Shown here piece after piece: positions 44,726 to 52,167 of a stretch of DNA of 64,000 nt. The notes under the pieces are model-generated. The model was not told the origin of the DNA. It ran no database searches and saw only the letters and a list, made by a program, of their open reading frames with translations. The stretch is from the IMG/VR virus record IMGVR_UViG_3300005436_000011. One strand, 5' to 3'. A program made the position numbers and the translations under genes. This DNA comes from an uncultured virus (IMG/VR IMGVR_UViG_3300005436_000011). Taxonomy: Duplodnaviria; Heunggongvirae; Uroviricota; Caudoviricetes. Within the stretch, counting starts at the first letter, position 1. Each line of letters begins with the position of its first letter.

Positions 44726-45267
44726 ATCAAGTTGATCTTACGGGCCTCGGCGAGCTCGCGCTCGAGCTTCGCGATCTCCGCGTCGACGCTGTCGACGCTG
44801 ATGATCTCGGCCTTGGTGGGCGCGTCGAGGCCCAGGAGGCGCGCCCGCCGCTCCTTGATCTTGAGAATGCGGTCGACGATCTCCATGAGGAGGCGCTTGT
44901 CCGGAACGGGCAGGCCCTCCTCGTCGACGATGATCCGGCCCTGCTGGACGAGGCGCGGATTGGCCTGCAGCTCCCGCCAGCAGATGGCCTCGAGCTCGTC
45001 GTAGCTCTGCAGCTCGAGGGCCCGCGTCTCGTCCGTCGCGAAGCGGACGGCGCGGGCCATCGCGCGCTTGATGCCGGCGGCGGCCCGGTCCTCGCTGGGG
45101 CCGTTCTCCCGCTTGCCGCCGTGCCACAGCTCGAGGTGGATCGCGATCTGCTCGAGCGTCCACCCGAGAGCCTTGAGGCGCGCCGCCTCGGCGTCCCGGG
45201 TGCGGCCGTAGCTATCCACCGGGCCGATGGGAAGGGGCATCAGGAGGCGCTCGTTCTCGGTGCTCAT
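44722..45267 (-). CDS. terS: terminase small subunit
   Basis: HTH (GWTLEQIA), RILKIKERRARLLGLDAP motif, upstream of terL. Confidence 0.75.
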   Translation of the reverse strand: MSTENERLLMPLPIGPVDSYGRTRDAEAARLKALGWTLEQIAIHLELWHGGKRENGPSEDRAAAGIKRAMARAVRFATDETRALELQSYDELEAICWRELQANPRLVQQGRIIVDEEGLPVPDKRLLMEIVDRILKIKERRARLLGLDAPTKAEIISVDSVDAEIAKLERELAEARKINLI

Positions 45268-45295
45268 CCGATCCTCCCTCTGGGTCCAGGTATGC

Positions 45296-45332
45296 GACGA
45301 CCCCACCCCCGGGGGACAGGGGTGGGGTCGTC
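45296..45332 (-). terminator. hairpin downstream of rpf
   Basis: GACGACCCCACCCC / GGGGTGGGGTCGTC inverted repeat. Confidence 0.55.
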
Positions 45333-45356
45333 ATCTCCTCCGGGCGGTGGAGGTCT

Positions 45357-46070
<714 letters not shown>

Positions 46071-46269
46071 TCACCCACGGTCGGTCGCCGCTCTCGCGGT
46101 ACCGAGCTGGGGCGCTGACCGCAGCCATCGGCAGGCTGTTGAGACAGGTCACCTCTTGGCGATAGTATACCTCGTCACAATCAGCGTTGCCATCAACCGG
46201 TGGCTGCGCGGCCTGAACCTATCAACCATTGAAGATCAAGTAAACACCTGAGGTACGAGGAATAACACT

Positions 46270-46551
46270 TCAGTCGGCGGCGTCGATCTGGCCGGCGACC
46301 GCCTCGTGAGCCTTGATCAGCTTCTCGGCGAGGTAGACCCGTACGTGACGCTTGCGGGAGCCGTTGACGCGCTTGCCGACCGGCCGCAGCTTGATCAGGT
46401 CGATGAGGCTGCGGACCTGGCCCTCGCTGAGGTTGGGCGGCCCGAGCAGCTCGGCCGCGTCGTACACGGACCAGTACTCCGTGGCGAGGGTGGGAACGAC
46501 CGGCAGGTCACGCGAGGACCAGCCGCGGCGGGGTGAGGTGGGGTCAGTCAC
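46270..46551 (-). CDS. putative DNA-binding protein
   Basis: WSVYDAAELLG HTH-like segment. Confidence 0.5.
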   Translation of the reverse strand: MTDPTSPRRGWSSRDLPVVPTLATEYWSVYDAAELLGPPNLSEGQVRSLIDLIKLRPVGKRVNGSRKRHVRVYLAEKLIKAHEAVAGQIDAAD

Positions 46552-47207
46552 GAGGCGATCCCTACGTCTTGAGTGGCTGAGGCAGGCAGGCCGACGGTGC
46601 CGTCTCGCCAGGCGAGGACCCAGTCCTGGGTCACGACCGAGTAATCCATGCGGGCGACGGGGCGGCGCTCGTCACCGTCGGCGCAGGCTGGGTTGACGCA
46701 CCGGACCTCGCCGCGGCTGGACCAGAACCGCAGGGTGAGGCAGCTACAATAAGGGCAGCGAGCCTCCGACTGGCCGACGTTCCGGGGCAGCCGACGGGGG
46801 ACGTCCCGCTCCCCGAGGACGACCAGGGAGCGTGAGCACCAGCCACCGAGCTGGTGGGCGGGCTCGAGGAGCCACGAGTCCTGGACGGCCTCGGCGAGGT
46901 TGCCGATCGCCCGCAAGGCGAAGATCGTGTTGGCGTCGTCACCGCCGCGGGCGTGCCAGCGCATGCCGGCGAGGTCGCGAAGGTCGTTCTCGAGGTAGCG
47001 AGCGAGCGCGTGCAGCTCGAGGACGAGGTGAGCCACCGGGGCGTTCCACGGGGGCTGCGAGTGGTCGATCCGACCGGACCGACCCCGACCACCGAGCCGG
47101 CTGACCGCGGTCGCGATGATCGCGGCCAGCCGGGCGTTGAGGTCGACGGCGCTGCTGACCGCGTCGAGCAACCGATCGCGGCCCGTTGATCTTACGGGCT
47201 CCGTCAT
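46548..47207 (-). CDS. hypothetical Zn-ribbon protein (possible late transcription regulator)
   Basis: CPYC...CVNPAC; position upstream of the packaging genes. Confidence 0.5.
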   Translation of the reverse strand: MTEPVRSTGRDRLLDAVSSAVDLNARLAAIIATAVSRLGGRGRSGRIDHSQPPWNAPVAHLVLELHALARYLENDLRDLAGMRWHARGGDDANTIFALRAIGNLAEAVQDSWLLEPAHQLGGWCSRSLVVLGERDVPRRLPRNVGQSEARCPYCSCLTLRFWSSRGEVRCVNPACADGDERRPVARMDYSVVTQDWVLAWRDGTVGLPASATQDVGIAS

Positions 47208-47245
47208 GGTGCGATAGTATCACCGCACTGACCATCGTTCGCTGA

Positions 47246-47701
47246 TCAGAAGTTACCGTTCGATACCTGAAGGCAGGGGATCCCGACCACGTTTCGCCAC
47301 AGGTCGACGACCTGGTTGCGGTCGTCGAAAGCGGCGATGACGTTGAACCTGGGCTGGATCAGAACGTAGAAGAGGTGCCGCTTCAGGTCGACATCCCTAG
47401 CGTAGCGCCACTCGTCGGTGTCGGGTCGCAGGTAGAGGCTGTGCTTCACGACCTCACGGCTCAGCCGACCGTGCAGGTGGGCCGTGATGAAGTCGGTGGT
47501 CGCGTCGTGGCAGACGACGTTGCGGCCGGACGCGAACACGAGCTCGTCGCCGACGTCGAGCAGGGCCCGCGCGACGGCGAGCACGGGCTCGTTGGGGAGG
47601 TCCTCGTGGACCCGGTCCCAGTCGTAGGGCCCGCGGCCGCCCGGGGCCCGCAGGGCCAGGGTGCCGTCGACGTCGAACAGCCAGGCTCGCCTTCTCGCCA
47701 C
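47246..47701 (-). CDS. HAD-family polynucleotide 3'-phosphatase (T4 PNKP C-terminal-like)
   Basis: FDVDGTLA, GPYDW..V..DLPN, SGR, K, FDDRNQVVDLWR..GIPCLQV..GNF. Confidence 0.85.
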   Translation of the reverse strand: MARRRAWLFDVDGTLALRAPGGRGPYDWDRVHEDLPNEPVLAVARALLDVGDELVFASGRNVVCHDATTDFITAHLHGRLSREVVKHSLYLRPDTDEWRYARDVDLKRHLFYVLIQPRFNVIAAFDDRNQVVDLWRNVVGIPCLQVSNGNF

Positions 47702-47947
47702 GTGTCTGCTCCGTTTCCTAGATACGACGATGGGGCCGGGTTGACCCGGCCCCACCATCTCTCCGCGCTCACATCCAAGGTGATGAGATTACTGTACCAC
47801 TGATGTATCGCCTCTACCAGCGACTCGCCCGGCGAAGCAGCCAGAGCCAGAAGCCGAGGCGGTGCCGTCGCCGGCGTCGTCGGCGCACCTCAGCCACGAC
47901 CTGGCAGCGCGGGAAGCTGCAGCCACCGGCGCACCAAACGGCGCACC

Positions 47948-49654
47948 TCAGCTCTCCCACGGCCAGCGCCCCGCCTGGCCGGCCTCGAGGGTCAACGGCA
48001 GCCCGAACATGGCGTCGGTCAGGCCGCCAAGCTCGTGACGGTTGCTGCCCGGCGTGACCGGCATCATCGTGTTCTTGTAGCCGGCGAGGTTGAACGCGTA
48101 GATCGGCACGTTCCGCGGGGCAGCCGAGTCGACGTCACCCACCCCGTAGTTTCCCATCGTCTGACAGTCGGTCAGGATGATGACGCGGCTGTGCTCAGGC
48201 CGCAGCGTCTCGCGGACCGCCCTCGCGATCTCGGTGCCGCCGCCGGCGCTCCCCTGGTATCGCTTGAACGTTTCCACCGCCTTGAGCAGGCTCGTGCCTG
48301 GCTCGACACCGGTGACGTGGAACTGCGTGTTCGCGAAGCCCCACGCGTCGACGCCGGCCGGGTTCCGGATCTTCAGGGCGAGCCCGAAGAGCGCGGCCGC
48401 GGTCGAGTAGTCCATCTTGGAGTTTTCGGACAGCTTGCCCCAGGTCATCGACGCGGAGGTGTCGATGAGCACGAGGGTCCGGCCCGGCAGTACGGGCACG
48501 TTCGCCAGGGAGTGGTTCACGGCCTGCTCCAGGGCGTGGCCCCACCGCAGGGACGGGGCCTCGAGGTAGGCGTTGAGGAACCGGAACGGCAGCTGACGGC
48601 TCTTCCGGATCTGCTCCGGGTCGGCGAGCCGCGTCAGGAGCGGTCCGATCACCGAGTCCGGGACGCCGGCCTGGTCGAGGCCGCGCAGGTTGCGCAGCAG
48701 GGCCATGTAGCCGAGCTTGGGCAGCGCGAGCTGCCAGATCTCGGCGTCGGTGACGGCGCGGCCCTCGCTCGGCTTCTCGCCGAGCCACGACTTGAGCCAC
48801 TCCCACTGGCCGACCATCGCCCCGTGGATCAGGTCGAGGGCGACCTGGTCGTCCGCGAGGGCGCGGCGCGCGAGGTCGTGCCGCTCGCTGGGGGTCAGGC
48901 GCGCCATCGCCCACCGGACCCGGACGTGGGTCAGGGACTCGGGCGGCTCCGCCCCGTCGCGGCCGTGCCGGGCGGTGATCGCCCACCGGAACAGGTCGTC
49001 CTGCCAGGTGCGCTCCGCGCCGGGGGTGCGGACGTCGGCGTGGGTCAGCTCGAGGACGTCGCCGAACCGCAGGGCCTTGCCCTCACCGTCGTAGCGCAGG
49101 AACGCGGCCTCGTCGTAGAGGCGCGTGACGGCGTCGGCGACGCCGCGCTTGACCGGCTTCGGCAGCTTGACGACGATCGTGCCGTCGGGGCGGGTGACGC
49201 CGAACCGGTGCCGCCAGTAGGCGAGGAGCTCGCCCGGCTCATCGGGGCGCTGCAGCACCGACGTGACCAGCTCGCGGTTGCCGTCACCGTGCAGGCCGGC
49301 GGTGAGCCGGGCGTGCACGGCCTCCGCGGCGAGCAGGATCGACGCGGTGCGGATGTTGCCCGGGCCGCGCAGCCACGAGAGGAAGACCCGCACCCACGGC
49401 CACGTCTCCTCGTTGACGGCGAGCTGGGCCACGAGCTCCCGCAGGCGCTGCACGTTCTCGTCCGCGGTGTCGTAGAAGCCCCTCTCACCAGCGAACCGCG
49501 AGACCGCCCGCCTGAAGAGCTCGGACTGCGCGTCGCTCTGGAAGCCGGGCGCGCCCTCGTGGGTGAGCCCGTCCGGGGTCGCGCTGAGCGTCCGCAGCGG
49601 GCCGCTCGCGGCCGCGCGCCGCGGTTGGGTCGATGCCTTGTTGAATCCTGCCAC
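47948..49654 (-). CDS. rsr: Ro60/Rsr TROVE-domain RNA-binding protein with vWA domain
   Basis: THEGAPGF, RPDEPGELLAY, LPKPVKRG, YMALLRNLR, SRQLPFRFL, MIDAS DTSASM, ILTDCQ. Confidence 0.93.
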   Translation of the reverse strand: MAGFNKASTQPRRAAASGPLRTLSATPDGLTHEGAPGFQSDAQSELFRRAVSRFAGERGFYDTADENVQRLRELVAQLAVNEETWPWVRVFLSWLRGPGNIRTASILLAAEAVHARLTAGLHGDGNRELVTSVLQRPDEPGELLAYWRHRFGVTRPDGTIVVKLPKPVKRGVADAVTRLYDEAAFLRYDGEGKALRFGDVLELTHADVRTPGAERTWQDDLFRWAITARHGRDGAEPPESLTHVRVRWAMARLTPSERHDLARRALADDQVALDLIHGAMVGQWEWLKSWLGEKPSEGRAVTDAEIWQLALPKLGYMALLRNLRGLDQAGVPDSVIGPLLTRLADPEQIRKSRQLPFRFLNAYLEAPSLRWGHALEQAVNHSLANVPVLPGRTLVLIDTSASMTWGKLSENSKMDYSTAAALFGLALKIRNPAGVDAWGFANTQFHVTGVEPGTSLLKAVETFKRYQGSAGGGTEIARAVRETLRPEHSRVIILTDCQTMGNYGVGDVDSAAPRNVPIYAFNLAGYKNTMMPVTPGSNRHELGGLTDAMFGLPLTLEAGQAGRWPWES

Positions 49655-49683
49655 GTTCCGGGTTCCTCTCAGCTTGAACGAGA

Positions 49684-49723
49684 ACGAGGCCCCCACCAGC
49701 CGTTAAGCTGGTGGGGGCCTCGT
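49684..49723 (-). terminator. 17-bp hairpin between the RNA cluster and rsr
   Basis: ACGAGGCCCCCACCAGC / GCTGGTGGGGGCCTCGT perfect inverted repeat. Confidence 0.6.
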
Positions 49724-49765
49724 GGTGGACGGTCTCAACCGCCTGCCTTGTCGGTTGAGACCGAG

Positions 49766-49839
49766 TTGCGGGGACGGGATTTGAACCCGTGACCACTGGG
49801 TTATGAGCCCAGCGCGCTACCGAACTGCGCCACCCCGCT
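49766..49839 (-). tRNA. tRNA-fMet (CAT), initiator-like
   Basis: Cloverleaf, CTCATAA loop, three G-C pairs in anticodon stem, unpaired 1:72. Confidence 0.9.
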
Positions 49840-49842
49840 GCA

Positions 49843-49943
49843 CGTGAGCTGGACCGGGACGAGACCTGAGGTGACGGGCGGCGTCTGTTTGCAACCAATT
49901 TGCGAAGTAGCCGCTCGTCCGCGCACCGTCCCGGCCGCTCACG
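49843..49943 (-). ncRNA. short Y RNA-like gene (Y1)
   Basis: Closing stem + GGTGCG, inner stem, TACTTC, small hairpin, CAGGTCTC, the same scaffold as the longer copies. Confidence 0.7.
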
Positions 49944-49947
49944 AGAT

Positions 49948-50026
49948 CACCACGAGACCTGGGACGACCTGGGGCGACTCTTCAAATTAGCAGTTTGATA
50001 TAGCCCCTGGTCTTTGCACCGTGGCG
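49948..50026 (-). ncRNA. short Y RNA-like gene (Y2) carrying an anticodon stem-loop mimic
   Basis: GGTGCAAAG...CAGGTCTC scaffold; apical TCAAA-CTGCTAA-TTTGA hairpin. Confidence 0.7.
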
Positions 50027-50047
50027 AAGCCTGTGTGTAGTTGTGGG

Positions 50048-50192
50048 TCGACGCGAGACCAGGTGGCTGGCGGCGTGATCCTCGAAATGCTGCCGATTAC
50101 ACCACGTCCCCGAGGGGACGGCGGGATTCGAACCCGCACCTCAACCTAATCAGGGTTGTGTGAAGTAGTCGCTGGCCGTCGCACCGCGTCGA
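50048..50192 (-). ncRNA. YrlA-like Y RNA (Y3) with tRNA-like domain and extra anticodon-like arm
   Basis: GGTGCGA/TACTTC/TGGTCTC scaffold; T arm GCGGG-TTCGAAT-CCCGC, loop-closed acceptor stem, D arm; CAACC-CTGATTA-GGTTG arm. Confidence 0.8.
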
Positions 50193-50199
50193 TGAAGTT

Positions 50200-50285
50200 G
50201 TGGGAACCGACTGACCTGGGTTGCCCCGGCCCATAGGCTATGACCGCCGCGTCTGGTCTCACGCTCGGTTCTAGACGTGAGCCAC
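50200..50285 (-). ncRNA. unclassified structured RNA with predicted pseudoknot
   Basis: CTCACG/CGTGAG hairpin whose loop GAACCGA complements downstream TCGGTTC; GCAA tetraloop hairpin; GTGG/CCAC closure. Confidence 0.45.
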
Positions 50286-50292
50286 GTTGCAT

Positions 50293-50423
50293 CACCTCGA
50301 GACCTGAGCGTCGGTCGGGGTAGCCGCTTGGCCGCTGCGGCGAACGACCGGGGTTGAGACCGGTCGATGGGATTCGAACCCATGATTCTTGTGGAAGTAC
50401 CCGCTCGACTTCGCACCGAGGTG
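50293..50423 (-). ncRNA. YrlA-like Y RNA (Y4)
   Basis: GGTGCGAAG/TACTTC/CAGGTCTC scaffold; T arm ATGGG-TTCGAAT-CCCAT; CGACCGG/CCGGTCG acceptor-like stem; D-like arm. Confidence 0.8.
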
Positions 50424-50430
50424 CCTTGCG

Positions 50431-50505
50431 TGGCTGCCGATGGACTTGAACCACCGACCCCCGCCTTATCAGGGCGGTGCTCTAACCTGTCTGAGCTAGA
50501 CAGCC
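50431..50505 (-). tRNA. tRNA-Ile (GAT)
   Basis: Cloverleaf; CCGCC-CTGATAA-GGCGG anticodon arm. Confidence 0.9.
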
Positions 50506-50509
50506 GTAC

Positions 50510-50607
50510 GGTGAGATCCTACCACCGGGAGGGAGTCGAACCCGCTAGGTTGGTCGCGACACCAACCCGTCGTCCGGACGCGGAGTTGAACCGAGCCGGA
50601 TCTCACC
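50510..50607 (-). ncRNA. unclassified RNA with two T-loop motifs
   Basis: 10-bp closing stem GGTGAGATCC/GGATCTCACC enclosing GG-TTCAACT-CC and GGG-TTCGACT-CCC plus an 8-bp hairpin. Confidence 0.55.
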
Positions 50608-50631
50608 TGAGCGACCTCGCGTAGTCGCCTG

Positions 50632-50703
50632 CGCCGGAGACGGGGATCGAACCCGCGACCTCTCCCTCGACAGGGGAGCGCTCTTCCATTGAGCTACTCT
50701 GGC
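50632..50703 (-). tRNA. tRNA-Asp (GTC)
   Basis: Cloverleaf; CTCCC-CTGTCGA-GGGAG arm; G discriminator. Confidence 0.9.
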
Positions 50704-50707
50704 TTAC

Positions 50708-50778
50708 GTGGTCCTCTGGCCGCTGAGGTACACCCCCTCGAAGTGGAGGTGAGGGGACTCGAACCCCCGACTTCCCAC
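50708..50778 (-). ncRNA. circularly permuted tRNA-Ala-like RNA
   Basis: Order T arm, CACCTCC-A, short linker, GGGGGTG, D arm; G3:U70 pair and A73; no anticodon loop. Confidence 0.65.
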
Positions 50779-50780
50779 CG

Positions 50781-50854
50781 TGACTGCCGCTGGACTCGAA
50801 CCAGCTACCTTCCGAGTTTCAACCGGACGCTCTCCCAGCTTGAGCTAGGCAGCC
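50781..50854 (-). tRNA. tRNA-Phe (GAA)
   Basis: Cloverleaf; TCCGG-TTGAAAC-TCGGA arm. Confidence 0.88.
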
Positions 50855-50856
50855 AA

Positions 50857-50966
50857 GCACACGGTGAACCATCGCCGATCCATCAGCATCGAACGCGATG
50901 TTCGATGCTTTTACCACGGACCAGGGACTCGAGTACTGCCCGTGGTGGGCTGACACCCGTGCGTGC
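50857..50966 (-). ncRNA. unclassified multibranch structured RNA
   Basis: Terminal complementarity plus ACCACGG/CCGTGGT and AGCATCGAAC/GTTCGATGCT stems between two tRNAs. Confidence 0.4.
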
Positions 50967-50975
50967 CTTCCCTTG

Positions 50976-51047
50976 TACCCCACGCCGGGATCGAACCGGC
51001 GCCTTCCGCTTGAGGGGCGGAGGTGACTACCACTACACCAGTGGGGC
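50976..51047 (-). tRNA. tRNA-Glu (CTC) with non-canonical C33
   Basis: Cloverleaf; TCCGC-CCCTCAA-GCGGA arm; body resembles actinobacterial tRNA-Glu. Confidence 0.8.
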
Positions 51048-51053
51048 GTGAAA

Positions 51054-51206
51054 CCTCACCGAGACCATTGAGCCTGCCCTCGGTTTTCTTTCTGACTCTT
51101 GCTCTGCCAAGTTGAGCTACCCCACGACCGAGGTCGAGGGGACGGGACTTGAACCCGCAACCCAGAGTTCCGCTTGAAGTATCCGAGTGCGTTCGCACCG
51201 GTGAGG
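51054..51206 (-). ncRNA. YrlA-like Y RNA (Y5), most canonical copy
   Basis: CCTCACCG closing stem, GGTGCGAA, TACTTC, T arm GCGGG-TTCAAGT-CCCGT, loop-closed acceptor, TAGCTCAACTTGGCAGAGC D arm, TGGTCTC. Confidence 0.85.
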
Positions 51207-51276
51207 CTTCGTTGATCGCCGGTTGACGCCTGGTGGCCGGTCGTTCTGACTGCCGGGCTGAACCGGTGATGGTGAA

Positions 51277-51306
51277 ACCGTATCAGACAGCAACGAGCGT
51301 TGTCCA
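51277..51306 (-). promoter_or_regulatory. candidate promoter for the RNA cluster, TGGACA-N18-TACGGT
   Basis: Extended -10 TGn-TACGGT upstream of the first RNA element; back-to-back with the rightward promoter. Confidence 0.5.
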
Positions 51307-51330
51307 GGGTAAATCTCAACAACTTTGCTG

Positions 51331-51359
51331 TTTACATTCACCGCCCGTGCTGGTAGGGT
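51331..51359 (+). promoter_or_regulatory. SigA-type promoter TTTACA-N17-TAGGGT
   Basis: Same family as the left-arm promoters. Confidence 0.7.
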
Positions 51360-51390
51360 CGTACCAGGCAGGAACGAGCGAGGGAGTCAG

Positions 51391-51681
51391 ATGGGCAGGG
51401 ACAAGCCGGCCTTCAAGAAGGCCGACGCGGTCACGAGCGCCAAGGACCGCACGCGGAACGGCGTCATCGTGGAGGTCCTCGGGGCCAACGAGAGGGGCGT
51501 GTTCCGCTACAAGGTGGTCTGGCCCGCCGACAGGATGCGCGAGACCGAGGAGCTGGAGACCGACCTGGTGCCGCTCAAGGGAGGCAGCGGCGGTCGTCGC
51601 CACGTCACCAACGTCTTCAAGGGCACCGTCCACGGCAAGCTGACCCAGTCGGGTGACGGTACCTTCCTCTTCGACGAGTAG
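51391..51681 (+). CDS. hypothetical SH3-like protein
   Basis: GGGAG RBS, ATG at 51391. Confidence 0.6.
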   Translation: MGRDKPAFKKADAVTSAKDRTRNGVIVEVLGANERGVFRYKVVWPADRMRETEELETDLVPLKGGSGGRRHVTNVFKGTVHGKLTQSGDGTFLFDE

Positions 51682-51708
51682 CCCCCGAGCCAGGAACGAG
51701 GAACTGAG

Positions 51709-52167
51709 ATGAGCGAGCAGATCAGACGCGGCACCCGCGTCAAGGTCAACGAGAGCAACCGCCTCGAGTCGATGCACGGCAAGCGAGGCACCGTCGTCGC
51801 GACCCTGCCCGACGCGACCTACATGGTCTACCTCGACGAGCTCGAGGAGGTCGTCGGCTTCTTCCGGAGCGAGATCGACGTTCGCATCGAGCCGGTCGTC
51901 AAGCGGATCCGGACGCGCGACGAGCTGCTGACCCTGAAGGCCGAGCTGGGTGTTGGGAGCGACTGGCACGAGCCGGACAACGAGGGCGTCACGGCGAGCG
52001 TCCACGGCGTCAGCTTCGACAACGCCGGCTTCTGGTACCGCGACAACAGCGCCGGCAAGACCTACGAGGAGCTGCACGTCGTGCTCCGCAAGGACGGGGA
52101 CGAGGTCGCCGTCGTCAACCTCGCGACCCTGTTCGCGTTCGCGACCGGCTACGAGGGGGAGGGGTGA
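51709..52167 (+). CDS. hypothetical protein
   Basis: GGAAC leader; LGV..DWHEPDNEGVTA.V.G.SFDNAGF and VNLATLFAFA resemble conserved actinophage hypothetical proteins. Confidence 0.7.
   Translation: MSEQIRRGTRVKVNESNRLESMHGKRGTVVATLPDATYMVYLDELEEVVGFFRSEIDVRIEPVVKRIRTRDELLTLKAELGVGSDWHEPDNEGVTASVHGVSFDNAGFWYRDNSAGKTYEELHVVLRKDGDEVAVVNLATLFAFATGYEGEG

Noticed and set aside
47814..47897. 27-codon Arg/Trp-rich minus-strand ORF after rsr
   Set aside because: Too short, no clear RBS, cannot be supported from sequence alone.
49730..49763. Hairpin sharing CGGTCTCAACC with the Y4 acceptor loop
   Set aside because: An 11-nt match could indicate an RNA-RNA interaction, but the sequence is sequestered in its own stem and may be chance.
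50200..50285. Assignment as HDV-like/theta or pistol ribozyme
   Set aside because: No P3/L3 element or pistol consensus in the required order; kept only as an unclassified pseudoknot.
50743..50778. tRNA 3'-half that looks like an attP core
   Set aside because: The matching 5' acceptor strand and D arm follow immediately in permuted order, and no integrase is in the window. It is better explained as a permuted tRNA-like RNA, though use as attP is not excluded.
49843..51206. CRISPR-like repeat-spacer array
   Set aside because: Shared motifs are short and discontinuous, unit lengths vary from 79 to 153 nt, and there are no cas genes. Fits Y RNAs.
50146..51341. ORFs called across the RNA cluster
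   Set aside because: No RBS or codon bias, and they overlap clear tRNA and Y RNA structures.
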